64,000 bases of DNA. Source: Spirochaetia bacterium. GTDB lineage: Bacteria; Spirochaetota; Spirochaetia; SZUA-6; Bin103. The DNA lies in assembly GCA_965198005.1 (NCBI GenBank), contig CBDAOI010000004.1, positions 2,368,001-2,432,000 of the forward strand. Reading direction: 5' to 3'. Below, one piece after another: positions 30,965-41,680 of the stretch (position 1 is the first letter of the stretch; every line of letters begins with the position of its first letter). The notes beneath the pieces were generated by a model. That model did no database searches, was not told the origin of the DNA, and was given only the letters and a program-made list of their open reading frames with translations. Position numbers and translations under genes: made by a program.

Positions 30965-31744
30965 TTACCCGCGGCCGACGTAGGGCATCTGGTTGGCCAT
31001 CACGGTCACGAACAGGACGTTGGTGTCCAGCGGCAGATTGGCCATGTACAGCACCGTGTCCGCGACGTTCCGCACGTCCATGGTGGGTTCCACCATGCGC
31101 GTGCCGTTGGGCTGCGCCGGCCCTTCGGCGGCGCGCGCCGTCATCGGCGTCAGCGCGTTGCCGACGTCGATCTGGCCGCAGCAGATGTCGTAGGCGCGCC
31201 CGTCCAGCGAGGCGGCCCGGGTCAGCCCGGTAACCGCGTGCTTGGTCGCCGTGTAGGGCGCCGACGACGGGCGCGGCACGTGCGCGGAAATCGATCCGTT
31301 GTTGATGATGCGGCCGCCGCGCGGTTGCTGCGCCTTCATGATCGCGAACGCCTGCTGCGTGCACAGGAACGGGCCGGTGAGGTTGGTGTCGACCACCCGC
31401 TGCCAATTCTCCAGGCTGAGCTCCTCCAGCGGGACGCCGGGGGCGCCGATGCCGGCATTGTTGAACAGCACGTCCACCCGGCCGAAGGCGTCGGTCGCGG
31501 CCGTGAACAGGGCGCGCACCGACTCGGCGTCGCAGACGTCGGTGGGCACCGCCAGCGCGCGCCGGGCCGTGTCCGCGGACCCGCCGGCCTCGTGCGCGGC
31601 CATGATCGCAACCGTCTCCTGCAGGGCGTCGGCCCGCCGTCCGGCGAGCACCACGCAGTATCCGTTGGCGTGCAGGGTAACCGCCGCCGCCCGGCCGATG
31701 CCGCTGCCGGCGCCGGTCACTACCGCCACTTTGTCGTGTTCCAT
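30965..31744 (-). CDS. SDR family oxidoreductase
   Basis: [17 protein letters not shown]. Confidence 0.93.
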   Translation of the reverse strand: MEHDKVAVVTGAGSGIGRAAAVTLHANGYCVVLAGRRADALQETVAIMAAHEAGGSADTARRALAVPTDVCDAESVRALFTAATDAFGRVDVLFNNAGIGAPGVPLEELSLENWQRVVDTNLTGPFLCTQQAFAIMKAQQPRGGRIINNGSISAHVPRPSSAPYTATKHAVTGLTRAASLDGRAYDICCGQIDVGNALTPMTARAAEGPAQPNGTRMVEPTMDVRNVADTVLYMANLPLDTNVLFVTVMANQMPYVGRG

Positions 31745-31778
31745 CGTTGTACAGGCTCCCTGATCTCAGTATCTGGTG

Positions 31779-32470
31779 TCAGTTGTCGAGCGGGTCCGCC
31801 GGTTCCTCTACCCGAATGAAGCGGGCCAGCTCCTGCGAGATCAGCACGGGGCCGTGTCCCCCCTCACGTTCGAGCTCGATTTCCGTGTCGCTCACCCGCA
31901 GCAGCTTGATCGCCGCGCCCGGCATCAGGCGATGACCGAGCAGCAGGTTCATCAGATCGGTGTTCTCTTCGGCCTCTTCGGTTACCCGCAGGATCGTGGT
32001 GGCCTCCCCCGCCTGCACCTCGGTCAACCGCCGCGCCTCCAGCAACCGGCGCTCGTCGCGCGAGCCGGGAAACGGATTGCCGTGCGGGCAGGTGGTGGGC
32101 CGCCCGAGGCGCTCGAACAGGTGTTCCTCGAGCCGGGGTGACAGCGAGTGCTCCAGCCGGTCGGCCTCCTCGTCGACGTCCGCCCAGTCGAACCCCAACT
32201 CGTCGACCAGCAACCGCTCCAGCAGATAGTGGCGGCGGATGGTGCGTTCGGCCTGAGTCCGCCCCTGGCGCGTCAAGCGCACGCCGTCTCGAGCACCGCC
32301 AGACCGTGTTGCTCCAGCCGCTTGATCGCCTGCGTCACGGCCGGCGGCGACACTCCCATGCGCTCGGCGATGCGCGCCCCCACCACTGGCCGTCCCTCAC
32401 GCAGCAGCATGTAGAGCTGGATGAGGTATTCATTCTCCGTGGCGGAGGACTTTGCGGCGCTGGCAGTCAC
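31779..32470 (-). CDS. DtxR/MntR family metal-dependent repressor with FeoA-like domain (1-nt frameshift near 32283)
   Basis: ENEYL..LY, IAERMGVSPPAVT, RRH.LLE..L, EEADRLEH, CPHGNP; promoter TTGACC-17-TACTCT upstream. Confidence 0.88.
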
Positions 32471-32539
32471 GAACCTAACCGATTTCCGCAGAGTACCCGC
32501 CGGGGGGCGCCCGGTCAAGCGAGGGCGCATTTCGTCCCG

Positions 32540-32860
32540 TCGCTGCATGAGCCGGCGGCGTGGCAGCAGAACCGCCTTCCATGGGACCCGCCGGCGACCA
32601 CCCCCATGCGCTCGGCGATGCGCTGGCCCGCCACCACCGGCCGCGTTTCGGCCTCACGTGCAGCAGCATGTAGAGCTGCCCGATCCAGGTACTGGCGTCC
32701 GCGGATGGGCTGATGATCGCCTCGCCCGAGTACAATTTCGCAGCACTGGCAGTCATCTGGGTGCGCCCTAAAGGGCTGCAGGTGCTCCGCTTGGTCGGCC
32801 ACATCCGGTCGACCGGCAATTCACCCAGGGTACCCGCCGGGCGGCGTCCGGTCAAGCCGG
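32540..32860 (-). repeat. Degenerate, insertion-laden duplicate of the DtxR gene 5' region
   Basis: Collinear blocks shared with 32325-32520 (CCCATGCGCTCGGCGATGCGC, GCAGCAGCATGTAGAGCTG, GTACCCGCCGGG, CCGGTCAAGC). Confidence 0.75.
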
Positions 32861-32893
32861 CCGGGGTCCGCGGCAGGCTGTGCCGTTGCGGCG

Positions 32894-35023
32894 TCAGAAC
32901 CGGTAGCTGGCGCAGGCGACCTCGATGCCCGGCCCCACGGCCAGGACCAGGGCGAGGCTGCCCGGCTTGGCGCCGGCGGCGTGCGCCTCCCAGCCGGCGG
33001 CCAGCGACGAGGTGAACAGGTTGCCGCCGGCATCCGCCGCCAGCCGCTCCGGCTCGACCCGCAACCTGGCGGCCAGCTCCGCCCGGAACTGCGGCGACAC
33101 CTGCGGAGGGAGAATCAGGGCGTAGTCGTCCAGACTGCGCCCTTCGTGCTCCGGCAGGCCGGCCACCGTGGCGGCGATCGCCTCGAGGTAGCGCTCCTGA
33201 ATGGCCGCGTCCCGGAAGACCGAAAGCCGGGGAGGTCCCGCGCTGTCGGTGCGGGCGTAGGAGTGGTACAACTCCAGATGCTCGGGGTGGCTGTCGAAGT
33301 AGAAGCTGCAGAACCCCTCTTCGCCGCGCCCGGGTTCCAGCAGCAGGGCGGAGCCCATGTTGGCGATCCCCAGCGGCTGCTGGCCGGTCACCGGCGTTTC
33401 GTCGTACTCGGAGGCCGCCACCACCGCCACCTCGCCGCGGCCGTCGAGCAGGCGGGCGGTGATCTGACACGCCATCAGCACGCCGGGGGGGCCGTTCATC
33501 AGGTCGAACGCCAGCATCCGCCGCGTTCCGGGGCGCCGGTTGGAGCCTTTGATGCCCATCTCGTGCGCGACCAGGGCGCCGAGCGCCGGCTCGGAAACGA
33601 ACGACTCGCGGTAGATCCCGGTGTATACCAGCAGCCCCAGATGGCGCTCGGCGGCCGCGCCCGCGCTCAGGGCGCGCTCCGCCGCGCGCGCCGCGAGCTG
33701 CACGTTGCCGCGGTCGCATCCGGCGCCGGCGGTGCAAGTGGCGGCGGCCGCGATCCGGACGCGGTCACCGGGGGCGATGGCGCAGTAGCGGCCGTGGCCG
33801 GTGGCGGCCGCCCGGCGGACGGCGGGCGTGCCGCGTGCGGACCCGTTGGGGGCCGGATGGTCCGCCGTGCCCGCGGAACTGCCCGCCGCGGCCCCGTTGA
33901 GCTCACCGTGGCCGTTTACCACCACCGGCCCCTTGGCCGCCAGATGCCGCATCGCGTCCACCCGGTACTGGGCCAGCCCGATCGTGACCCCGGAGGCGGT
34001 GATGCTGAACAACACCTTCCGGCCGGGCGGCACGCCGGCGCCGCTGATCAGGTCGCTCAACGCCACCCAGTGGGAGGTGGTGGCGGTGTTGCCGCGCCGG
34101 CTCAGGTTGTCGACGATGTTGCCGGAATGGAACACCGGCTTGCCGAACCAGCGGTTGGTCGCGCGCACTGCGGCGCGAATGGCGACCGAGGAGGTCTGGT
34201 GCGGGATGAACAGGTCGGGGTCGAGATCGACGTGGCCGCCGGCCACCAGCTCGCCATAGTGCGGCACGGCGTCGTTCAACGCCGCCCGCGCCAACCCTTC
34301 CGAATCGGTGAACATGATCGCGCCGTGCGACTCCGCCGAGTGGGCGACGCACAGCTGCGCGTACTCCGGGGCGGTGTACAGCTCGATGTAGTCGAACCCG
34401 GTGGCGCCGTTTCCCTGCTCCAGCAGCAGGCAGACGCCGGCGTCTCCCAGCGTCAGACAGGCCAAGCGCGGGTCGCGGGTGCTCTGCAGCTCGCGTTGGG
34501 CGGTCTTGGTGAGATGGGTGATGTACTCCCCGCTCACCACCAGGGCGCGGCGCACGTCGCCGCGGCGGATCAGCTCGTCGACCACCAGGATCGCGGTGAA
34601 GATCCCGGCGCAGGCGTTGCTCAGGTCGAACGCCATCGCGTGGCGCATCCCGAACCGCTTGCGCAGCACGGCCGCGGTCGTCGGCTCGATGTTGTAGGTC
34701 AGCCGGGAGTCCTGCTTCGAGATGTTGGCGGCGATGATCAGATCGATGTCGCCGGGCTCGTAGCGCGAGGCGCCGAGACAGCGGGCCACCGCCGCGCGCG
34801 CCAGATCGACCGAGAACTCCGTCTCGCCGGCCACGTGGCGGCTGCGAATACCGGTTATGCGCTCCAGCCGCACGCGCAGGCGCTGGCGGCACGCGCGCAC
34901 GATGGCCCCGGTCGTGACCTCCCGCTCGGGAAGGTACACGCCCAGACTCTCCACCGTGGTCTTGCCGGTCCGGGCCCCCCGGCCGGCGGCGGACCTGGAC
35001 TCAAGTGTCGCCCGTGACGTCAT
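32894..35023 (-). CDS. Tandem 3-oxoacyl-ACP synthase III (FabH-like) two-domain protein
   Basis: Domain 1: DLSNACAG, PHQ, GNT triad; Ala/Gly/Pro linker; domain 2 has the KASIII fold with FDLMNGPPG (no Cys). Confidence 0.85.
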   Translation of the reverse strand: MTSRATLESRSAAGRGARTGKTTVESLGVYLPEREVTTGAIVRACRQRLRVRLERITGIRSRHVAGETEFSVDLARAAVARCLGASRYEPGDIDLIIAANISKQDSRLTYNIEPTTAAVLRKRFGMRHAMAFDLSNACAGIFTAILVVDELIRRGDVRRALVVSGEYITHLTKTAQRELQSTRDPRLACLTLGDAGVCLLLEQGNGATGFDYIELYTAPEYAQLCVAHSAESHGAIMFTDSEGLARAALNDAVPHYGELVAGGHVDLDPDLFIPHQTSSVAIRAAVRATNRWFGKPVFHSGNIVDNLSRRGNTATTSHWVALSDLISGAGVPPGRKVLFSITASGVTIGLAQYRVDAMRHLAAKGPVVVNGHGELNGAAAGSSAGTADHPAPNGSARGTPAVRRAAATGHGRYCAIAPGDRVRIAAAATCTAGAGCDRGNVQLAARAAERALSAGAAAERHLGLLVYTGIYRESFVSEPALGALVAHEMGIKGSNRRPGTRRMLAFDLMNGPPGVLMACQITARLLDGRGEVAVVAASEYDETPVTGQQPLGIANMGSALLLEPGRGEEGFCSFYFDSHPEHLELYHSYARTDSAGPPRLSVFRDAAIQERYLEAIAATVAGLPEHEGRSLDDYALILPPQVSPQFRAELAARLRVEPERLAADAGGNLFTSSLAAGWEAHAAGAKPGSLALVLAVGPGIEVACASYRF

Positions 35024-35128
35024 CTCCGGTTACTTACCATACCATCAGCCGCGGCCGTGCACCAGTTGTCCGGTCTCATGTGTCGGCGGGCGTTTTCCGA
35101 TTGCGGCAGGCCGTGCCATAATGCGCGC

Positions 35129-35824
35129 ATGGCCTGTTGCTGCGGCGCCGGCTCGGGGCAGAACGCGGGTGGCCGCCGGCGGCGCGGCGCCTGTCCCGGC
35201 ACCGACCGGTTCTTTACGCGCGAGGCGCCGAAGCTGGCCCGGCGGTTCTGCCGGCGCGGTCCCGAGCCGGTCCAGCGCAAGCTGCTTGCAGCCTTGGCGG
35301 CCGCCGGCGTCGGCGGCGCGTCGGTGCTGGAGCTCGGCTGCGGCACCGGCTACCTGCATCGCCGCCTGCTCGCGGCCGGCGCCGCCACCGCGGTCGGGGT
35401 GGACGTGGCGCACGGCATGATCGCCGCGGCCGCGGCCGCGGCGCGCAGGGCCGGGCTGGGCGAGCGGGTGACCCTGCTGACCGGCGACGCCGTAGAGCGG
35501 GCCTCCGACCTGCCGCCGGCCGAGCTGGTCCTGCTGGACAAGGTGCTGTGCTGCTACCCCGACCTGGGCCCGCTGCTGGCGACCGCCCTGCCCCGCTGCC
35601 GGCGCCTGCTGGCCGTGGTGATCCCGCGCCCCAACCTGGTGGTGGCCGCCCTCTGGCGCGTTGCGATCAGCCTGTTCACACTGTTCGGCGCGAACTTCCA
35701 TCCCTTCTATCACGACTGGCGCCAAGCACGGGCGACCATCACCGCGGCCGGTTTCCGGCGCGTGTTCGCGGACCGCACGCTGGCCTGGGAGACGTGGGTA
35801 TTCCAGCGCCGTCCGGCAGGCTGA
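35129..35824 (+). CDS. Class I SAM-dependent methyltransferase
   Basis: VLELGCGTG, GVDV, GDA, LDKVLCCYPD. Confidence 0.85.
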   Translation: MACCCGAGSGQNAGGRRRRGACPGTDRFFTREAPKLARRFCRRGPEPVQRKLLAALAAAGVGGASVLELGCGTGYLHRRLLAAGAATAVGVDVAHGMIAAAAAAARRAGLGERVTLLTGDAVERASDLPPAELVLLDKVLCCYPDLGPLLATALPRCRRLLAVVIPRPNLVVAALWRVAISLFTLFGANFHPFYHDWRQARATITAAGFRRVFADRTLAWETWVFQRRPAG

Positions 35825-35904
35825 CGCTGCGGCTCCGAGGCCAATCCGCGGCCGTGGCGCCGCCGAAGCCGGGTCACTCAAACTGCACGTCAGCGGACAG
35901 CACG

Positions 35905-36035
35905 ACTACGTGGACTCGTCGATGCTCTCGAAATCTTCCGGAGCGCGATCCATCTCTTCTGCTTGCTGACGCGTCCAGCTACCGATGACCCTACGGCCAG
36001 TTCGGCGTCGAACCCCCGTACAGTCAACTGGCGCA
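35905..36035 (-). pseudogene. RHH antitoxin remnant
   Basis: VRQLTVRGFDAEL start and AEEMDRA..DFESIDES end, middle missing. Confidence 0.35.
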
Positions 36036-36224
36036 CCGCCTCCGACCCCTTCCGTGATGCACCTGACGATTCATAATGACTCATTGGATGCCGCCTACCG
36101 ATGCGTGTCAATCCCGCGTAGGCGCAGCAGGCGCAGCGACGGTCCGGTCAGGCGGCGCCCTGGCGCGCCTGACTGCCTACGGATCTTGACCCGGCAACCG
36201 CGTGGGCGATAGGTTCGGCGCACC

Positions 36225-39200
36225 ATGGCCACCGATACCCGTGCGGGGTGGGTGTTTTCCCCCGTGTCGCCGCGCGTCGACTTCGTCGCCCTGGAGCATG
36301 AGCAGCTCCGGTGGTGGCGGGACGCCGGCATCGTCGAACGCTACCTGCAGCGCAACGCCGCCGCCGAGCGCCGCCACTCCTTCATCGACGGGCCGATCAC
36401 GGCCAACAACCCGATGGGAGTCCACCACGCCTGGGGGCGCACCTACAAGGACCTGTTCCTGCGCTGGCGCACCATGCAGGGGTACCGCCAGCGCTACCAG
36501 AACGGCTTCGACGGCCAGGGCCTGTGGGTCGAGGTCGAGGTCGAGAAGGAGAAAGGGTTCTCCTCGAAGCGCGACATCGAGGCCTACGGCATCGGGCGCT
36601 TCGTCGAGGACTGCAAGGAGCGGGTGCGCACGTACGCGGCCATCCAGACCAGCCAGTCGCAGCGGCTCGGCTACTGGATGGACTGGGACGACTCCTACCA
36701 CACCATGTCGGACGAGAACAACTACACCATCTGGCATTTCCTCAAGCGCTGCCACGAGAAGGGCTGGCTCTACCGGGGCACCGACTCGATGCCGTGGTGC
36801 GCGCGCTGCGGCACCGGCCTGTCGCAGCACGAGATCGTCACCGAGGGGTATCAGGAGGTCACCCACACCGCGGTGTACGTGCGCCTGCCGCTGACCGACG
36901 CCGAGGGCGAGTCGCTGCTGATCTGGACCACCACCCCGTGGACGCTGACCGCCAACGTGGCCGCCGCCGTGCACCCCGAGCATCGCTACGTGCGCGTCCG
37001 CGTCGGCGACGAGATCTTCTACCTGGGGCGGAAGCGGATTGACCTTCTGACGGAGATGTCGGGCGATTCGAAGGCTCGGGTGGAGGGCACGGAGTCGATC
37101 AATCCGCTGGAACAAATCGGCTTGTCGAAACCCCTGGGCGTGTTGACGATGCGGGAGCTGCTTCGCACTGGAGTCGAGTTACTCGAGGAGCTGCCCGGCA
37201 GCGCGCTGGTGGGCCGCCCCTACCGCGGTCCCTTCGACGACCTGGACGCTCAGCGCGGGGTCGAGCATCGCGTCATCCCGTGGAACGAGGTGGGCGAGGA
37301 CGAGGGCACGGCGATCGTGCACATCGCCCCCGGCGCGGGCCCCGAGGACTTCGCCCTGGGCAGGGAGCACGGTCTGGCGGTGGTCGCCCCGCTGGACGAG
37401 AACGGCTACTACGTCGACGGCTTCGGCTGGCTCACCGGGAACAGCGTATTCGACGTGCGCGACCGCATCTTCGCCGATCTGGAGCGCAAGGGGCTGCTGT
37501 ACTGCACCGAGGAGCATCGGCACCGCTATCCCTTCTGCTGGCGTTGCAACAGCGAGCTGGTGTTCCGCGTGGTCGACGAGTGGTTCATCTCCATGGACGA
37601 ACTGCGCCACACCATGATGGAAATCACCCGCAAGGTGCGCTGGATCCCGGCGTTCGGGCTGGAGCGCGAGCTGGACTGGCTGCGCAACATGCACGACTGG
37701 ATGATCTCCAAGAAACGCTACTGGGGCCTGGCGCTGCCGATCTGGGCCTGCGACGGGTGCGGCAGCTTCGAGGTGATCGGCAGCGAGCACGAGCTGCAGG
37801 AGCGCGCGGTGGAGGGCTGGCAGGAGTTCGCCGGCCATTCGCCGCACCGGCCCTGGATCGACGCCGTCAAGATCGAGTGCTCCTCCTGCGGCGAGAGGAG
37901 CTCCCGCATCCGCGACGTGGGCAACCCGTGGCTGGACGCCGGCATCGTGCCGTTTTCCACCATCAAGTACCGCAGCGACCGGGAATACTGGCGCGACTGG
38001 TTCCCTGCGGACTGGATCTCGGAATCGTTCCCCGGACAGTTCCGCAACTGGTTCTACTCCCTGCTCGCCATGAGCGCCACCCTGGAGGGGACCGAGCCGT
38101 TCAAGGCGTGCTTCACCTACGCGTTGCTGCGCGACGAGCACGGCGCCGAGATGCACAAGAGCAAGGGCAACGCCATCTGGTTCGAGGACGCCGCGGACAA
38201 GATGGGGGTCGACGTGATGCGCTGGATGTACCTGCGCCACACCCCGGCCAACAACCTCAACTTCGGCTACGCCCCCGGCGACGAGGTGCGGCGCCGGTTC
38301 CACATTCCGATCTGGAACGTCTACTCCTTCTTCGTCAATTACGCCAACATCGACGGCTGGCAGCCGGTGGCCGGCGCCGGCGGCTACCAGGACGTTGCGG
38401 AGTTCACCGAACTGGATCGCTGGATCCGGTCGGAGTTGCACCGGACGATTCAGGCGGTCACCACCGCGCTCGAAACCTGGCGTCCCGAGACTGCCGCCGC
38501 GGTGCTGGAGCGGTTCGTGGACGCGCTCTCCAACTGGTACGTACGCCGCAGCCGGCGCCGCTTCTGGCGCGGCCAGCAGGGCCGGCCGGCGGCCGCCGCG
38601 ACCACGTCGATCGTGGAGACCTTCCTGACCTTGTACGGCGCCGACAAGTGCGCTGCCTACCAGACCCTGTACGAGTGCCTGACCACGCTGGCAAAGCTGC
38701 TCGCGCCCTTCACCCCGTTCATCGCCGAGGCGATCTACCGCAACCTGGTGGCGGAACGGGTGTCCGGCGCGCCGCCGAGCGTGCACCTGTGCGACTGGCC
38801 GCAGGCCGACGCGGCGCTGATCGACGAGGAACTGTCGGCCGCCACCCACCTGGCGATGCGGCTGGCGCGTCTCGGGCGCTCCGCCCGCGCCAGCGCCAAC
38901 CTGCGGGTTCGCCAGCCGCTGGCCGAGCTGGTGGTCGACCTGGACAGTGAGCAGGAGCAGGCGCGTCTGTCGGTGATCCGGGCGCAGCTTCTCGACGAGC
39001 TGAACGTGAAGCGGGTGCGGCTGGCGGACGAGGTGGGCGGCCTGACCGCGGCCACGGTAAAGCCCAACTTCAAGGCCCTGGGCCCCCGCTTTGGGCGCCG
39101 AATGAAGGAGGTGACGGCGGCCATCGCCACCGCCGATCCGTCCGCCGTGGCTGCCCAGGTGGCATCGGGAGCACCGGTGCAGGTCGGTGAATTCGAGTTG

Positions 39201-40145
39201 CAGCCGGACGACCTGGTGGTCGAGACGGTGCCGCGCGAGGCCTACGCCATCGCCGCCGAACCCGGCTCCCAAGTCGGCGTGCTCAAGGAACTGACCCCCG
39301 AGCTGCGCGCCGAGGGCATGGTGCGCGAGGCGGTGCACGTGATCAACAACCTGCGCCGCGAGTCAGGCTTCGAGATCACCGACCGAATCGTCCTCTTCAT
39401 CAATGTTGATCGCGCTTCGGACGGTCCCGAATCGCACGTGGAGGAGACCTATCAGACGTTGGTTCGCATGGCCCACAGATTGCGCCACACGCAGGGCCGC
39501 ATGGTCGACCGCATCAATCTCCCGTTCGACGCTTTCGACCGGCCCGATCCTCTGAAGCTAGCGCTTCTTGCCAACGAAACGCAGTTCAAGGATGACGTGC
39601 TGGCGACCGAGGTCCACTACGATGCGGAGCTGCCCCGTGACGCACCGGCGAAGGAGTGCGTCATTGACGGGCATCGCGCCACCGTCGCGGTCCAGCTCTC
39701 CTGGGTCAGCCAACTGCGCGCTACAACCGATCCCGAGCACGTCGACGCGCTATTGCGTGAGCACGATCTGGTCCCGGTCGTAGAACGTCTCCGCTATCTT
39801 CGACAACTTGCCGCCGACGACCCGGACGAGCCACGGATGAAGGAAGACTCACTGCGAGAGTTGGCTCGCTTCCTCTTGAGCGAGCGATGGCTCCCGTGTC
39901 CACAGATCGGTGTCAGTCCCGATGGACTCGCGCATGCCGAGTGGGTGCTCGCGGGCGCTGACGGCGACACGGTCGGTAACGGGATTCTGGCGATGGAGTT
40001 TCTTGGCTCCGGCTTGATCCGGTTCGCGGCTGTCTCGCCACCGTCAACCCTGGGAGATGCGCAGCGGAAGAGGGTCAACGGTACCTTGCCGAAGGCCGAG
40101 GCGGTACAGGCGGTGCAGCCGTTCACCTCCATCCTGTGCCCATGA
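36225..40145 (+). CDS. ileS: Isoleucine--tRNA ligase, type 2, with insertions and a C-terminal extension
   Basis: DGPITANN.MGVHH, GFDGQGL.VE, WTTTPWTL, GTAIVHIAP, DWMISKKRYWG, EMHKSKGN, SNWYVRRSRRRFW. Confidence 0.96.
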   Translation: MATDTRAGWVFSPVSPRVDFVALEHEQLRWWRDAGIVERYLQRNAAAERRHSFIDGPITANNPMGVHHAWGRTYKDLFLRWRTMQGYRQRYQNGFDGQGLWVEVEVEKEKGFSSKRDIEAYGIGRFVEDCKERVRTYAAIQTSQSQRLGYWMDWDDSYHTMSDENNYTIWHFLKRCHEKGWLYRGTDSMPWCARCGTGLSQHEIVTEGYQEVTHTAVYVRLPLTDAEGESLLIWTTTPWTLTANVAAAVHPEHRYVRVRVGDEIFYLGRKRIDLLTEMSGDSKARVEGTESINPLEQIGLSKPLGVLTMRELLRTGVELLEELPGSALVGRPYRGPFDDLDAQRGVEHRVIPWNEVGEDEGTAIVHIAPGAGPEDFALGREHGLAVVAPLDENGYYVDGFGWLTGNSVFDVRDRIFADLERKGLLYCTEEHRHRYPFCWRCNSELVFRVVDEWFISMDELRHTMMEITRKVRWIPAFGLERELDWLRNMHDWMISKKRYWGLALPIWACDGCGSFEVIGSEHELQERAVEGWQEFAGHSPHRPWIDAVKIECSSCGERSSRIRDVGNPWLDAGIVPFSTIKYRSDREYWRDWFPADWISESFPGQFRNWFYSLLAMSATLEGTEPFKACFTYALLRDEHGAEMHKSKGNAIWFEDAADKMGVDVMRWMYLRHTPANNLNFGYAPGDEVRRRFHIPIWNVYSFFVNYANIDGWQPVAGAGGYQDVAEFTELDRWIRSELHRTIQAVTTALETWRPETAAAVLERFVDALSNWYVRRSRRRFWRGQQGRPAAAATTSIVETFLTLYGADKCAAYQTLYECLTTLAKLLAPFTPFIAEAIYRNLVAERVSGAPPSVHLCDWPQADAALIDEELSAATHLAMRLARLGRSARASANLRVRQPLAELVVDLDSEQEQARLSVIRAQLLDELNVKRVRLADEVGGLTAATVKPNFKALGPRFGRRMKEVTAAIATADPSAVAAQVASGAPVQVGEFELQPDDLVVETVPREAYAIAAEPGSQVGVLKELTPELRAEGMVREAVHVINNLRRESGFEITDRIVLFINVDRASDGPESHVEETYQTLVRMAHRLRHTQGRMVDRINLPFDAFDRPDPLKLALLANETQFKDDVLATEVHYDAELPRDAPAKECVIDGHRATVAVQLSWVSQLRATTDPEHVDALLREHDLVPVVERLRYLRQLAADDPDEPRMKEDSLRELARFLLSERWLPCPQIGVSPDGLAHAEWVLAGADGDTVGNGILAMEFLGSGLIRFAAVSPPSTLGDAQRKRVNGTLPKAEAVQAVQPFTSILCP

Positions 40146-40220
40146 CCGGCGACGAACTGGCGGTCGCGGTCTCAAGACGAGCCGAGCATCCCGCGGTACC
40201 GTAGCGGCGCTGAGGCTCAC

Positions 40221-40959
40221 TTACAGCGACACGCCGCACCTGGCGGCGATCGCGATCGCGAGGCCCTTGAAATCGTCGTAGCAGTCCTGCACTGCGTGAA
40301 TGTGTCCGCCAAGGGCACCGTCCGCCGCTCTCAGGTGGAACATCGGCTTGCGTGCTTCCTGCGCCATCAGCATCAGGCTGCGGTAGTGCTTCAGCGTGGC
40401 CAGGCAGTTCACGTCGTCATCAGTCGACGCGGCCGACGCGGCGCTTGAACTCACGTCATCGAGGGCTTCCGCACGATAGACTTCGGGAATCCTGCGCATC
40501 CACTTCTGGTAGGCTTGGACCGGACGCCCCGCGCGGACGGCATGCTGCATCACGATATAGCCGGCGGGTATGATGTCGGTCGATCCGAAACGCCGCTTCG
40601 TCGCCGCCCAGACAATCGGGCCAAGCGGAGGAGAGTCTCGCCTCGAACCGAGACAGCCCGAGATCGCCGACGATCAGGCCGAGGTTGTCATTCACTTCCT
40701 CGACGTGTGGCGGAGAAATATCACCAAGACCGCGCAGGATCGGTGAGACCGAGCCGAGGATGCTGTGCGGATGGTCGCCGTCGGGCCACAGCTCTTCCAG
40801 CCGATCTTCGCTGAGGAACATCGTGGTCAGCTTCGCTTGGGGGTCGAGATCGGCGGCAACCACCGATACGCCGAGCTCCGCGTACATCCACGAGAGGTGG
40901 TACCCCAGCGTGGTCTTGCCTACCCCTCCCTTGTTGTTGAAGAACGCTATCGTGGTCAC
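40221..40959 (-). pseudogene. ParA/Soj family ATPase, internal deletion
   Basis: FFNNKGGVGKTT, DLDPQA.LT; C-terminal KHYRSL..MAQEARKPMF in another frame. Confidence 0.85.
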
Positions 40960-41534
40960 GGTTTCCTCCGTATCGTAGCCAACACGTGGGAGGGATCGAA
41001 CGTGAATTCTGCAGGGAGATTGCCGTTCCTGCGCAGTGCTTCCTGTGCGCGGATGACGCCGCGCCCGAAGTGGTTGACGTAGCCCAGCGTCGCCATGGCC
41101 TCGGCGATCACGGGGTTGCGGTAGTCGGTCTGACGCGGAAAGTTCTCGGGCGATGCCATCCCATACAAGCCGCCCGGATTCTGGATATCGATGCGGTCCT
41201 GGTACCAGTAGAATTGGACCTCGACCACGGCGATCTCGCCGCCCGGCAGCGTGTGTTTCTGTACGGTGATGGCCGGGAGCGGCTCAAGGTTCACGTTGGA
41301 TCGCAGCTCACCGAGACTGCGCAGGAGCGGATCGGTGACCGTCAGTCCGCTGGCGGTGCCGTCGTCGTTGACTCCGACGAGCAGGTACCCCGGTCGACGG
41401 CGATTGGGAAAGTCGTTGGCGAAAGCGCAGATTGCTTCGCAGAACTTGTCCGTATTGCGCTTGGAGGTAGTGAACTCCACTGCATCGGACTCATGATCCG
41501 CGAGCAAGGTGAGCAGTTGATCGGTGGTCAGCAT
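40956..41534 (-). pseudogene. Schlafen/AlbA_2 domain protein with RecG C-terminal-like ATPase tail, internal deletion
   Basis: ESDAVEF, AICAFAND, GYLLVGVNDDG; joined directly to DRIDIQNPGGL...YRNPVIA..GRG. Confidence 0.8.
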
Positions 41535-41680
41535 GCCGGGGTAGCATGATAGCCGATCCTGCCAACTCGTAGGAAACGCCGCAGGCATCGGGCTGCTCGG
41601 CTATTGTGCTCTTCGGCGGTGAACCCTGCGCGTCGCCGAGCTGTTGGCGCAACTGGGTGCGGCGACTTGCGTGACCATGT

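Noticed and set aside
32471-32485. DtxR operator upstream of the regulator
   Set aside because: Only a TTAGGTT half-site, no 19-bp palindrome
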